62,384 nucleotides of DNA, filler included, from Sphacelaria rigidula (GCA_964200075.2; 8 parts of 8 records of this genome joined end to end with filler, not necessarily neighbours in it), one strand, 5' to 3'. Positions 35,301 to 48,618 are shown, counted from the whole stretch's first letter. Translations and numbers: made by a program. The notes: generated from the sequence alone by a model not told the origin.

Positions 35301-37305
35301 TCACCTTCGGAAGCGGTACGCTTATGGCGCATTACGATAGCAAGTGGGTCGGAGGCTTTTTGGGATATGAACGCTCCGCGTTGCTCACTCTGTTGGGTGA
35401 AAAAAGCCGGTATTGGACTCAAGTAAAGCGGGTGTATGTATCCTGTTGGAATAGTTTTGTCCCCTACCGGGCGTGTTTGTCGTGATCCAGGCATACTATT
35501 CAGTGTGCCATTGTATGATGGCGTTTTGTGCTTCACAGAAACTTGTGGGATATGCCCGCTCTTGTCTGCTCTTGCCCTAGGTTGTGCCACAGTCTCGTGA
35601 ATGTGTCTAGATTCACAGTGGATCACTCAGCCTGGGACATACAGTCAATCACGACCCAAAGGTATTCTTCACACTACCATGCCCGTCTTTGAAACACAGG
35701 TGTACAGCGAGGTGGATCCTGCCCAAGAAGCCGCTGCGCGTGAAGCAGATGAAGCCAAGCAACGAAAAGCGGAGGAGCGGAGAAAATCGAAGGACGACAA
35801 AGGCAGTATATCAGCAGGGGGCGACGACAGCGAAGAGGGGACGCCCGCGGAGGAAGATTCGTTCCTGGGGATTTTCCTATTTCTCAAGGTATAATTGCCG
35901 TCGGTGGACCACCTAGTCCGTGTGAGGGGCTGGGTGTTGGCACTAGCATGTGCTGTTCTACCAGCAATATGTCGATATGTTGAGGTCGGAATAGTTGGAC
36001 TGAGAACTGGACATGAAATTCACTACTAATAGTGTATCACAACGAGTGCTGCGAATCGGTTTGAGTGCCCATGGATACCTCCTTCCGAGGCCCGCGACTG
36101 GAGCTACGCTTGTGAAATATTTTGCATCGTGTATCGGGGAGAGATTCACGGTAGAGTCGGCCGGCCGAACAATGAAGCCAGTTTCTCCTGTTTCTCCGCT
36201 GTGTACTTCTCGGAGGTCTGGGAAGTGGATCGCCGATTATTGTAGTGCAGTGTTGTCTGTTTTGCGCACTGTCGGTTGTTGAGGCGATGCTGAGCGTCCG
36301 TTGTTGCATATTTTGGTGTACGAGAGGGTGGGATGATGTGATGTGATGTGATGTGAGAGAGACGGCAGCGATCCTGACGATGAAGCGCCGTCAAATATCT
36401 CTTCATTTTGTACGGGAGTGGTGTAGTGGTGGCTGTAGATGGGCTACTGCGTACCCTTGCAGCTTGTCACGTCCCCATTAGGACTAGTGTCGAAGTACAG
36501 CTGTCTGAGAGAATGGGGTGGTTCCGCCACAATGTGTGACGTGAAATCATTCAGTGGTGAGGCACCATTTATTGTCAGTAGTCGCATTGTGTACTGTGTG
36601 CTTCTCCGCCTGTTTCCTCTCCTGATCTTTGCCTTGTCTGCCTGCTTGCCTTGCCTGGCTGCCTGCCCTTCTGTGTGCGTCTTCTGTGGTTGTATGATAC
36701 GGTATCGCAGGGGGATTTTTTCAGCGTGGAGCTGGAGAACGCGCTCACGGCGGTAGCACCTGCATACCCAAGAGCTTGGCTGGTCAAGGCGAACGCTAAG
36801 ACCTTTCTCAGGTAACGTATTGCAGCTTGGTCGTGGCAGGTGACAGGTTGTCGAAACCTCAGGGCGTGTCGTCAGGGATTCCGGGGATTTGAGTGCGATG
36901 GTAGCTGGAAGTAGGGAGCAGGTTATCGCAACCAAGCAAGGGGTCCCCGGGGTTGGCCTTGGCGTCCATGTGTTGTGAAGCGTGCTGCATGGTAGACAGC
37001 CTCACAGGACAAGTGTTGCGTGTCTGTAGGTCAGCAATGAGCGAAATACCATGCTCTTGCTTCGCGACACCCTGTGGTCGATTGTTGTTTTCTGAAATGT
37101 GCTTATTCGGCCACGCATGTTGTGCTAATGCGGCCGTGCATTTCTGCTCTTGTTTCTTTTGCATGGACCATCACCAGTTTCTGCGTGCAGTATCACTTAT
37201 ATACGTTTCCCCAGCTCCTGCTCTTCAAGAACGGTCGGTTCATTTCGAGGTTTCGAGGCCGAAGATTGTCGGAAGAGCTGGCGGCCTGGTTGAGTCTCCA
37301 CACAG
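32364..37305 (+). CDS. Secretory-pathway thioredoxin-fold protein lacking CxxC (TXNDC15/APRL-like), 3'-partial; exons 32364-32859, 34492-34538, 35282-35422, 35619-35888, 36711-36811, 37178-37305
   Basis: GT-AG exons with matching phases (1, 0, 0, 0, 2). N-terminal hydrophobic segment MYILLLFSSSAVISRAQ. Spliced C-terminal part GIFLFLK|GDFFSVELENALTAVAPAYPRAWLVKANAKTFLS|FCVQYHLYTFPQLLLFKNGRFISRFRGRRLSEELAAWLSLHT fits a Trx fold (cis-Pro FP, FxNG, GxR). Confidence 0.72.
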
Positions 37306-37497
37306 GTGAACGCTTGAGACATAGTCTTGTTTCAATGGAGATCACCCAAACGTTTTTTCGTGATTTTGACCCTGCAACACGCCGCCTCGCCCCGGCGGTA
37401 TATCTGCTACAAGAATAAACGGCTAGGCGGAAGGTTGCTGCTTCGAATCCCGACGGTTTGCTTTGTCTCGTTTCCGTCATTGTAAGCGTACGGACGC

Positions 37498-37498
<1 letters not shown>

Positions 37499-37535
<37 letters not shown>

Positions 37536-37690
37536 TGTCATCCCATTTGTTCTGGAAGCCGTTCTACACCTTTCGATATATGTGGGCGCATCAGCCCGGG
37601 TCACACAGGAGGAAAGCCAACACAAAGTTAATTTTCAATACTTGTTTTTTTAGGGTCGACCTTCCTTCTGCGGTGTAGCGAAGAAAATGT
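37499..37690 (-). mobile_element. SINE family 1 3' part with expanded (GT)n/(CA)n tail
   Basis: About (GT)16 followed by gttgtcatcccatttgttctgg...ggtcacacaggaggaaagccaacaca. Confidence 0.8.
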
Positions 37691-39061
37691 CGACAAAAGT
37701 CGACACGGTTCGCAAATGCTGATCCAATCCACTAAACCGAGTATGAGGCAAGCACCAGGGGAGATATGGGTTGATGGCTCGAGTGTACTGATTTTGTGCC
37801 GAGAAAGGGAAATGTTCTGAAAGTACGACGGAAATTAGGAAGTCCGCGGTACCCGGATTGAAGTATCTGTGTACACACAGCTCGGCATGTTTTCTGTGTT
37901 TGTTCCCATGCATCTCGTTAGTGCAGAACACGTCTTGTCTGTTCTGCTTCATAGACAGTTTGGGTGTACCTCTTGATGTGGATATTCAAATCTTATGTTG
38001 ATGTTCACGTTCCGTATGCTGTCAACACCGGGCAGTCGCATCGCTCGCTGTCTCGGCACTCGACTCTGCAGTTCTACTGTGGATGGGGTGTGAGATTGTA
38101 TCCCCTTTTTGGCCGTTTTTGGTTTTGATGTAAGCGAGACAGCGATTGTTTCTGTTTTCATGTGCAGAACATACCGGTCCAATTCCTGTGCGAAGTCATC
38201 GCCGAATTTGTTTCCACCTGTCGGGCCTCGATGACTTTGCCCGCATTACACCCGTGGCATATTGTTTCAGCGTGGATTCATGTGTGCCGCCTATGAGCAA
38301 GAACGTTTACCGTGTTTAAATCTGTTTGGCCTTCCCATGTTCATCATCCGCCAACAATATGCTGCTGATGGTATCTCAAAAATGTGCATGTATGCTGCAA
38401 ACCATGCTACTGATCACGCATCACGCAAGTAACAGGATTATTCAGCTAAGCAAGCTTCCGCCGTGAAGTTTTACAACCCAGGTGATGGACTCGTGCAACG
38501 CATACTCTTCGCTGAAGGAGCCCCATTTTTTTTTTTTTTCCACTTTGTATGTCTGTATCAACTTTTGAGCCCGCGTCTCTGTATCTTGAATTCTACCTTG
38601 TTTTGAGAAAATGAGGCTCGTTGTTGTTGCCAGTCACTCAAGCACACAGCAAGTGGTGCAATTTCCTCTTCCGCTCCTTCCCTCTGCAAGTTTTTACAAT
38701 AGTGTACGTGACTGAGCATGACATGAGTGAAGTTCCTTCTATTGAGTCCTCGGTTCCTGGGTACCGTGACCCCCCCTCCCCCGGCTTTGTAGGGATACGA
38801 AGTCAATGGTCTGATGACTATGGCATGCATGATCATGAGTACTCCTTCCCCCGGTGAGGCAGTGATGCTCCATCTCGAAAGGGATGCGTGGTCAATGGTC
38901 AAATGACTAAGGCAAGCAACGAATGAGTACGCTCCCCCCGCGCCCGGCCCCCTCNNNNNNNNNNNNNNNNNNNNNNNNNNNNNNNNNNNNNNNNNNNNTT
39001 AATTAATTAANNNNNNNNNNNNNNNNNNNNNNNNNNNNNNNNNNNNNNNNNNNNTGCTGGC

Positions 39062-39302
39062 CCTACTCATTTTTTCCACAATGAGCAATGACTCGAGTGC
39101 TCGCCCTTTTTATTTTTTCCACAACCAGCGATGGCTCGAGTGCTCGCCCTATTCATTTTTTCCACAGCGAGCAATGACTCGAGTGCTCGCCCTAGTAATT
39201 TTTCGGCCAACGAGCAGCCCAACGAGTGCGAGTGCCACGAGTGACACTCGTGCTCGTCCGACGTATGGAAAAATGCTTGTGATTGGCTCGCACACTCGAG
39301 TC
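39062..39302. repeat. Short tandem/inverted repeats of ctcgagtgctcgccct
   Basis: Three ~45-bp units ttttccaca..gagcaatgactcgagtgctcgccct plus inverted partial copies; resembles a transposon subterminal array. Confidence 0.7.
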
Positions 39303-40113
39303 ACACCTGTAGTGTACGCCGGGATGGATAGAACAGCAGCAGCGAGTGGTACATTGCTGCCACAGTGCGTCATCGTGATGCTCGTGCATCGGTATATCCC
39401 CATCGTACTATGGCTGAATGTGTCTTTCCGTGACTGCGAGCGCTTGTGCCGATGCCAGCGGCAGCAGCCGCCATGCTGACGGGTGCAATCAGTACCCTGG
39501 CGGTGCAGTATATCTGCACTGTGCTGTGCGTTGCTCTTTTTTTCAGAGCACGGGGCCTGGCCCAGCCGGTCGAGCAGTGTATACCGGCGCTGGTTGTTTG
39601 TCTTTACCCAGCCATGTTTGGTGTCGCGCAAGTGATGGGTCTGGGCAACATGCATTTCTCAACAGTCAATTGCGTATACCGCACTGCGTTCCGGCTGATG
39701 CTATATTTTACAGAGAGACGAACACCACCATATAGCACCTCAAGCAATCTTAGCGGAGACCAAAGTCACAGAACAGTGATGGCTACAGCACGTATGAGAC
39801 CAGATGCGAGTGTGTTTGTGCTGCGGTACAGTGAAACAGGACATGTCCCATGTTTTAGTTCTTCTGCTGTCCTCAGTATTTGCCGGGTGCCGATCTTGAA
39901 CACTCGACCATAATAGCGCTTCGCCCAAGTAATTGAATTCACTGCGAGCTGGGCGAGCGGTAAATCCCGCATCCGCTTTCCACATCACAACTTCTCAACT
40001 TTTTTCAGCGTACCTTGAGCATACCGCTGTGAAATGCAGACCAAGCTGGTAACACACGCCGCCGCCGGTGAAGGAGAAAAAAATGAAGAAAATGTACTGC
40101 ATAATATATCACC

Positions 40114-40219
40114 TTCACCCTTAGACCGCGAACGTAGTCCATCTGGACAATGTATTATTTTTTCAAATGAAATTGATGCCGATTCAACAGATGGCCTACT
40201 CTTGCTGTCCAAGGGTTAA
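40114..40219 (+). mobile_element. piggyBac-like MITE
   Basis: ttca-cccttagaccgcgaacgtagtccatctggac...gctgtccaaggg-ttaa; very similar to 6743-6848. Confidence 0.8.
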
Positions 40220-40351
40220 CGACGGTCGAAAAAAAGAAGAATCTGTCGGGATTCGAACTCATAACCTCCGTAATTGGAGTCTCCTGTATCACTTGAATAA
40301 AACAGCCGCGGTCGTGTCGCACGAAAGGTGCGATGCCGCGCCCAATATGAC

Positions 40352-40516
40352 TTATTTTTGGCCGAAGCGTTACGAGGATGTCGTTGACGCGAGTGCCCGC
40401 ATGAGTTGGAGCGTTGTCGTCGTTTTTATCAATTATATTTGGCCGTTACTTTACCAAAATGACGTTGACGCGAGTGCCCGTATGTGGTGGAGCGTTGTCG
40501 TCGTTTCTATCAATTC
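40352..40516. repeat. ~84-bp tandem duplication
   Basis: cgttgacgcgagtgcccg.atg.g.tggagcgttgtcgtcgttt.tatcaatt occurs twice. Confidence 0.85.
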
Positions 40517-42645
40517 TCAAGGAAGTTTCCTGTTTTTGCTGAAACTTCAACTCGCTGTGACTTCTCATGTTTTTCGTTTTTCCTCTGCACCCCCAGTTGG
40601 GTTGCGCGGGTTGATGATGAAAACGTCGTGTCAAAATTTCAGCGCTCAACTCTTCGAGTCACCAATGGCATCTCCACTCTTCGTTACAAAATCACTGTCA
40701 GCTGGCCCTGCTCGTACAAAATCATCCCCATGTATACGGGTCCTATGCCTTACTTTTGGCGGGTTATTTTTTCCCCGTGTTTCTCCTTGTCGCGTTCACG
40801 TTCATTTGTGAGCACGCACACACCGGTTATGCCGCCAATGTCACGAGAACAGGAGAGCAAAGCAGTGGAAAACAATTGAACATGGTCTTGGCCTTGGTCA
40901 GCAGCAAACACAAGATCGTGCAATGGGCCGTTGGGGCGTTGAACAAGGCCCACAGGACGTCAGCACAAGATTGATTTGGCCGCAAAAACAATTACCCTGT
41001 GTTGAAAAAAGACCCGGTGATGTGGAAGCCACAGTGATGTACAAAGAACACGCCAAGAATGTTCTACGAATTCCGATTTTTCGGGAGTGCCTCCCGCTGT
41101 CATGTCTTTGTGGCACGAGAGCTACTTCGCACCCTGGCACCTCGGAAATACCATACATGAATGTACTACGCCGGCGGTTCCGCCGTCTGCCTCCGTCCGA
41201 ATTCCCATATTTCGGAACGACATCCAATAACATATGCGATGTCTTGTACAGCCACAGTCACGACTGTACATTGAGATACAACAGCCTCTCTTTACCATAT
41301 ATTTGCGACTTGCGTCACCCCTGGGAGGCCCGTACCAACCTCCCGAAGGGGCACCTTGTAATAGTAATAATGTCGCGCGAATATGAATTACGGACGGTGA
41401 CAACTGGTGTACAGCTATACGATGGTACTACGTGACGCTCAATAACACAACTGCACTGTACAGTACTCTGTAGATAGTGCGGGGGATGCGCACGGGACGT
41501 ATCATACGTGGTACACGCAGGACGCCCTTGAACCAATTAAGCACGGCAACACTCACCAACAGGGGTGAGGAAGAGTGATGGATTTACAAATGAAAGGAGA
41601 GTATGAAAGTTCGCTGTTGACCACTTACTCCCAAGGGGGGCGAAAGCCAAGTTTGTGAACTCGCGGCAAAAGCAATATAAATGCGGACTGCACTATTCGG
41701 GTTGTTGCACTGGGCAAGCGCGGAAGGCGGGGTATGAAAAATCAGCAACATACGTTTCGTGTCGCCAGCTTGTTTCGGGTCTTCATGTTGCGGTATGGAT
41801 GTTGATCGCGTGCCGACGGGCTGGATTGATATCGGGTCAGTTGAGGCCTTTGCCTTATCGCCATGACGGAAAAGTCCGTTGAGATTGATATAATCCGTTT
41901 GCGAAGAGATTTGTGCCTATGGTGACCAGTTTAAGTGTCCATAGCCGATGAAAAGCCTCGGCACCACGCACGAGACCATCCAAAGCAATTTTGTTATCTA
42001 GATCCAGGACAGATTTTGTATACAAATCAAGAAATGCGGAAGTTTTTGCAGCAGTCGATGATGCAACATCTCTGCACTGGTACAAGGTACCGGTGCAAGA
42101 AAGACGCGATGGGGACGCAACACGCAGAAATACCCGCCGCACACGCGCTTTAGCCCCCGTGTGAGCCCTTATTCATCTACACACAGCGGTCTGTATTCGT
42201 CGGGGCCGTCCACGATTTGACGGAAGATTTGGAGGAAGCAAGGTCTTCAGCTCATCACCAGCTGCGGCTCGAGCTGCACGCTGGTTGTTCGTGGGAGCAG
42301 TGGGCTCCTCGCTTTCATATGTTGTTGTGCTGAGCGTGTTTGTTGTCCAGCAGACTCAGCGTGTGCCCCCGCGGTGGTTACCTCCATGTTCTCCTTCGAG
42401 AAAACTGGTCGCCTGTCCATGCGAACCATTTTTTGTGCCTCCCTCTTCTTGGGGGGTGTGATCGCACCGACCAATAGCGAGGCGTGCGGAGTAGATGCAT
42501 GAACGTAGAAAAGCATGACATTTGTAAATTGAGAAGATAACGCCTCCAGGTGAGAACTTCAGTCAAGGAATCGAATCAGCTCAACTTTCGAAAATCCTCC
42601 CGCCCGAACTCCCCGTTGTCCGATCGTACACGTCATGCTCCACAG

Positions 42646-45412
42646 GCACTTCGTGCAAGCGAACACGTACTACACAGACCAAGAGCTCGACAAGTAAGTC
42701 CATCAGACTCACTTCAAGCATGCCATTGTAGCGTTAGTTGTTGATGCATCTTATCTCCGAAAAAGTTGTTTTCTCCCAATTCTTACTCCTCCGTAATCCT
42801 GCACATAATATCGTGAATGTTTTTCAGCGTTTTTCACACCGTGACAAACGGCACAATATGTCATCTCCCACAGTTTCAACAACCCCGTGGCGAGCACCCT
42901 CGACGCGTTCCTGGTCAGCCGCGCATAACAGCCAACAATCTGGGTTTTGTCGGATGGGCGGGATCTTGGTACGCTTTAGGTCCAATTATGATGCGGTGGG
43001 TTGCCAGCCTGCCATCACCGTACCTTCCTGGGACACCGGCCTCTGCTGCTGGAGTGTAAATGCTTAACTTTAGCACCGCGAATCGGACTTGTGAAGTGCA
43101 CATTTGACCGCACTGTTACGGGACCTCCATTGCTCGGCAGTGTTGTTGTTTTTTATCAAAATCGAGATTCGGGTTCCATGTATCCCCAATGGTATGCTCT
43201 GTAAATCTGATATGCCTTGGCGCCGTTGATCGTTGTTTCAGTTCCACCCCGGAAATCATTCGACGCGAATCAAAGCGGTGCGGCGTTTGTCATACTTCGC
43301 GAGATCAACAGTTAAGGAGGCGTGTACCTGTGGAGAGATGGATTGATCCCTGGGGGCCACAGACTTGTCTCAAGGAAGGGGGGCGAGTTGACAGTGTAGC
43401 AAGAGAGTTGGAAAACTTCTCCATCCCCTTTTTTTCTGTTGATTCAGCGACTATTGCACTTTGGATGGGCTGTACGAATGTCCCATGTGCTGCAGTGCAT
43501 GAGCGATACGAAACTAGGAAAAAGCCCGCCGATTAAGAGTAACACGGTTCGTTTTGTCTATTATCAACCTTTTGTTCGCGGGGGAGGTGGGAGATGGGGG
43601 GCAGCCTATCTCTTCGTTTTCAGCGACACTTTTCGCCGGAGAGAAGAATGTGTCTTGAACGTCCACGTCATCAATATTCTCAGATAGCTTCAAGTGCTGT
43701 TTACCATGATTCACGCGCAAGCGGAGGCGTAAGAAATGGAAAAATACCAGCTTTTTGTGTAAGGGTGTGAGAACTGGAAGAGCCCAGCTTTCTCCATCGA
43801 AAACATGCGGCGGAAAGGCACGAGGGGGCATCATTGCCACACAAATTATTTTTAGCTACAGCACGATCGCAGCCCTGCAGCGTAGAGCACAAGTTGAGGA
43901 CAGGGACACGTACACGGTAGTTTTTGGAACTAGCACGATCACCCTCTTGGCATCGTGTGTATATTTCTTGTTGGCGAAAACTTTGGCATCTCACATGGTA
44001 TGTAGGGGTCGGCGATGGAATTCGCTTGCTGGAATGACCTAGTCGCGTACACGCTCATGGACAGTACAGACAGAACAACACTGCACCTGGTTCGAATCCT
44101 TTTCACATCGTACTGTATGCAGAGAGTGCAGTCCTCCGGTGGCTGTACTGCACGTTGCCCTGTTCTCTTTCACATGCTTCTGTACGAAAAACGCACACAC
44201 TGCGCCGTGTGCAGACACTGCAGGCCGTGTCGTACTCCCCGTGTTTGCGAGTGATCAAGTCCCGCTTCACGGAGTCCACCGTTATTTTTTGGTCGAGAGC
44301 TTGCAGGTTCGCTCGGATCCCAACCGCGAAGATGAATGAATCTGATCAATCAAATTCCGCCGCACTTCTTTGTTTTGTCGGAATCATATTTGCTAAGACA
44401 CGACGTGAGCTGTACCGTATAGTTCAAGAGTTCGACAATGATACCGCTGAAATATCGCATAACACAGCCATTGAAAAATGATACCGCGAAGTTGTACTGT
44501 ATATCTCAGGCGGTGAAAAATGGTGCCGCTGATTTGTACCGTATATGTCACACACTGGAAGATGATACCTTTGAGTTGTACTGTATGTCCTAGCCAGTGG
44601 AAAATGATACCGCTGAGATGCATCAGGTTACTCAGGCAATGAAGAATGTTACCGCTGAGTTGTACCGTAAAGCTCAAACGGTGGAAAATGACACCACTGA
44701 GTGTGCCATATAGCTCAAACAGTGGAAAATGACACCACCGAGTTGTACCGTATAGCTCAGACTAAAAAGGCACCACTGAGTTGTACCGTCTAGCTCAGAC
44801 GATGTAAAATTGAACCAGAGTTGTAACGTATAACTCAGCCCTGAGTGCTCCTAAAGTGCGTTAACCCCTAGACCGCGGTACGGGAAGTCCATCTAGATGG
44901 CGTATATTGTTTTCAAGTGAGTGTTGATGCCCATTCTGCAGGTGACCTATATCCTCGCGGTCAAGGGGTTAATTCAAAAGTTAAGGTAAGCTGAGTTGTT
45001 CTACATGTGAAAGATTGCACTCCTACATGGTTGGGAAAGTATTGGATTTGGCCACAGGATGTAAAACGACCTACCGGCCGCCGGTTTTAAGCTTAGCGGG
45101 GAAATGATGTGCTTCGATTCCGTGTTGTGCCCGTTTTGCGCAATAGGCATTTTCTGTCGTCGAATCCCGCAAGATTTCAACAAACTCATTTGCTTTCCTT
45201 CGCACTGTAGAACGTCCTCGTGGAACATGATTCGTTCCTATCCTGCACTCCCGACCCCCCTCCTCCGCTCTCTCTCCTCTCTTTGGTGCCTATGGTGCGT
45301 TTAGAGCCGTTAAGGAGTACAAGACAGCTCTGAAGTATGATCCCTTGCATGCGGACACCATGTGCAACCTGGGCAGTGTGTTGCAAGACTTGGGAGAATT
45401 TGACGAATCGAG
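42646..45412 (+). CDS. TPR-repeat protein, partial; exons 42646-42693 and 45305-45412
   Basis: cacag|...|gtaagt and tttag|...|gtgagg, both phase 2. The spliced product HFVQANTYYTDQELDKAVKEYKTALKYDPLHADTMCNLGSVLQDLGEFDES is a typical TPR. Not visible in the ORF track. Confidence 0.8.
44407..44840. repeat. 42-bp minisatellite, ~10 diverged copies, in the TPR intron
   Basis: Consensus approximately ggaaaatgataccgctgagttgtaccgtatagctcaaacagt, head-to-tail with no spacers. Confidence 0.9.
44861..44972 (+). mobile_element. piggyBac-like MITE
   Basis: TTAA-cccctagaccgcg...cgcggtcaagggg-TTAA. Confidence 0.85.
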
Positions 45413-46516
45413 GTGAGGAACGGCAACAAATGCCTTGTAAAAATCAGCGTAATCGATCAATGAACGGCGGTAATGCATTTGTGACTAAACTATCCTTAGG
45501 TTCTTCGTGTATAGATGCGTATCGAACCCTAGGGTGCGTCTGAAATTATTTTTTGCGGGCACCAGAATGGAGTATGTATATCTAAGGTATCCGACGTTAA
45601 CAATGGTACATCAGTGTTTTTCTAATATTCATAGCGTTGTAAGCGCCATGCTTCCGTGGTCCAATGGCACAAGAAACACCTTTCGGTGGGGAAAATGCCA
45701 GTTCAATTCGAAACGAACGTGTTTGGTTCTTTTCTTGAGGTATTTAATTTCCGTCATGAAAACCTCAAAACGTGAGAGAGCAGTCAAATACTTTGTGTGA
45801 CTGGAGTCCACGCTGTGCGGCAATGCTGATCCAATTCACGATGTCAAAATGCGGGTGTGCACTGGGCGAGAGGCGAGTGAAGCCCTCAAGACAACGGAGT
45901 AGTCCCGAGGAAGGAGGGAGGTTGACCGTGTGCCAAAGAAATGTTGAAGAAAAAAACCGGGAGATTTTGTACAGTAACGCAGTCAAATCACTGACTGTTT
46001 ATACCGGTATTTTCATCTGCGTAGTGGGCGGGCGAAATGTTCTGGACATTTTTCGCTTTTTCGCTTTTCCGTAGTCCGTTTGCTGTGGTATGCCTTCACA
46101 GAGAGATCCCAGATTGAAATATAATCCGTGTTTGACTCGGAAGCGATTAGTGTAAAACCTGTTCAAGTCCCAGCGAATCAGCGGGGACGCGCGGGTATGT
46201 CTCTTTGAAGAAATATCGTGAGCCTCCTTGTTTTAGGATGCATGTAGAGTATACTGTACCCTTCAGATTCTACCAGCATCCTGGAAATCTGCAAGACTCC
46301 ACCTTGCCAGATGTGAATATTTCTCAAAGTGTCAGGGTGGTCATGTTGGAGCTTCTCAGTAACTTGTGTTGGGAATAGGGGTGAGTTTGGGGTCATGGAT
46401 AGGGTTGGTGGTGAAGGAAGGACACGAAGTCGGGCTGTGGCTATGGCTACGGCTAGGGTAAATGACCAGCTTCGATGCAAAGGCTTCATTGGCGCTTCTG
46501 ATACACCTCGGGATAT

Positions 46517-46665
46517 TTCGTGTGCGCGTCCGGTATCGAAAATCATCATATATAAGTCCCGCTGTATCGATGATTACCCCGTGCTTTCTCGCGCAAGCGA
46601 ACTAGGTTTTCGTGTGCGTGCCCGGTATCAAAAATCATTATATGTAAGTCCCGCTGTAGTGATGG
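46517..46665. repeat. ~55-bp direct repeat, two copies
   Basis: ttcgtgtgcg.g.ccggtatc.aaaatcat.atat.taagtcccgctgta occurs twice, ~92 bp apart. Confidence 0.8.
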
Positions 46666-46667
46666 AT

Positions 46668-46764
46668 TTCTTTTTTTTTCCCCACACTTTAAACCCCTCC
46701 CCTTCCTCGGGGACGAATCCGTGGTCTCAAGGGATCAACCCATCTCTCCCCCGATACGTGCCTT
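46668..46764 (-). mobile_element. 3' end of SINE family 2 with A-rich tail, cut by the contig end
   Basis: Reverse complement matches 52408-52490 (gagatggg.tgatccc.tgagaccacgga.tcgtcc). Confidence 0.75.
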
Positions 46765-47049
46765 NNNNNNNNNNNNNNNNNNNNNNNNNNNNNNNNNNNN
46801 NNNNNNNNTTAATTAATTAANNNNNNNNNNNNNNNNNNNNNNNNNNNNNNNNNNNNNNNNNNNNTCGCACTCAATCACCAAGCGCGAAGCGCCGTGGTGT
46901 GTTCGGCGAGTCGCATGAGGGGGTGGGTGTTCTGGACCATTTTCTCCCACGAAATTATACTTGAAATATTCGTTAATAGCAGCAACGGGTATTCAAACGT
47001 GCTTGTTTCCGATATACAACGCCCCTTCATACTGCTTGACACCGCATTT

Positions 47050-47160
47050 ACTCAAATACAAGCGCACCGCAAGTGTGGTAGGTCGCTGAAGCATTCATGA
47101 GTCCATTTTCTCGTGGAATCAGACGCCCATCCCCCTATCGTAGCATGACTCCTGAACAAC
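47050..47160 (+). repeat. Interspersed repeat shared with 61528-61725
   Basis: ctcaaatacaagcgcaccgc...gcattcatgag.ccatttt...gcatgactcc is present in both contigs. Confidence 0.7.
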
Positions 47161-48580
47161 TGGCATTCGGATTCGCCCCTCGGCTTTGTTGGCATATACA
47201 AACGTGTCGTCGACAGACGGGTGGTGACGATTCAGATGAATATAAATGGAAGCTGGTGAAGACACACCTTCGTTGCCCATGCAAGGTGGGTTTCTATATC
47301 TACCGGATTCGGTAGTGTCTGTAATTCGAGGCAGCAGAGAAACAAATATCGCATATATTTCAAGTGACAGGATGCGCAACTGAACCCCGGGTATTGCGAC
47401 CTGAGCTAGGCGGGGCGATGTATCCCGGTCCCATGCTCTCGACATCGCCGCACCTGCCGTCGACGTTGCAGGACTTGCCGTGCCGTAAACAAATGCACGG
47501 GGGGGACATTTCAACCATGATAGAGTGTGATTTTCCTCAAGCGGTCGACCGGAGCACTAATGTGAAGGGGGTTCACGGCCGAAAATAGATTATTCAGGTA
47601 ATTGAGACTGCGAGGCTTAGAGGTAGGCGAGGGATACGCTGTTGTACGTGTTCGCAGAGGCATTCTTTTGTTTATAACTTGAATCGATCGGGGAATATTC
47701 TCGCGAAGTGTTCGCTTTAACGATTTGAATTTAGTGGTGATACAGGAACAGTTGTTGAGAATGTGGCACTAGTTTGCACTTCCAACGATTCACGATTACT
47801 TTATGAATGGGGTGAATCACGATCGTCCGGTCACAGGTGTACACATTTCCATAGGGGGGGGGGGCGTACTCACATTTCCACAGGGGAGGGGGGAGGGAAA
47901 GGTGACAAATTTGAGCGTCCGGAGTGAAATTATCCTGTTTTCCTGCGTAATACATGGACTGCGATGTGTCTAGTACAAACTTCATGGTGTTTGGTGCTCT
48001 CCTGGATAACCGCCCTGAAACGGAGAAAAGGACTGACTCTACGGCTACGGTGCGTTTACTCGCCGGAAGCAATGTATCCGTGGCTTACAACAATTGTATT
48101 TTCTGGTCCCTAGGTATTGTTGTTTTAAAACACTTTCATATGCCCCCAATTTTACAACTCTCGTATTGACATAGCCATACTCTACGAGAGTCTGGGAGAT
48201 CCACAAATCTATCCGCAGCAAAGCAACGAAAAGTCGGGTTCCTCGTGTCTGAAAGGTCGAGGCAGAGACGGGTTTTGCACTAACACTCTTTGTTGCTCAC
48301 GTCATGGAGGCAAGCATATTCAACGGCATCATGCAAGAAGGTTTTCACAGGCTTGTTCGATAGTTTCATTCTCCCTCCACAGGGCAACAGTGCCTGCCGC
48401 CATGAATTTAAAGCGGACGCTTGCTATGAGTCATGAGACGGAGTACTGAGGACTTGGTCAACGCTGTAATGCGTGAGAGGACCGCGTGCTTGGAGAACCG
48501 CGCCGTAGTTCAAAATACCTCAGGATCGACGTTTTTCGAAATCAATCGGGTCAGTCCCTGCAGGTACCATGCCCCTGAAG

Positions 48581-48618
48581 CTAACCCCAACACTAACCCT
48601 AACCCTAACCCTAACCCT
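48581..48618 (+). repeat. Interstitial telomere-like (CCCTAA)n, degenerate
   Basis: Read directly from the sequence. Confidence 0.85.

Noticed and set aside
39446-39660. Hydrophobic ORF as a membrane-protein exon (also 43856-43997)
   Set aside because: No recognisable family. The 43856-43997 candidate ends in phase 0 inside a phase-2 TPR intron. Left unresolved.
44407-44840. CRISPR-like array
   Set aside because: Head-to-tail diverged units with no unique spacers, no cas genes, and a eukaryotic intron context.
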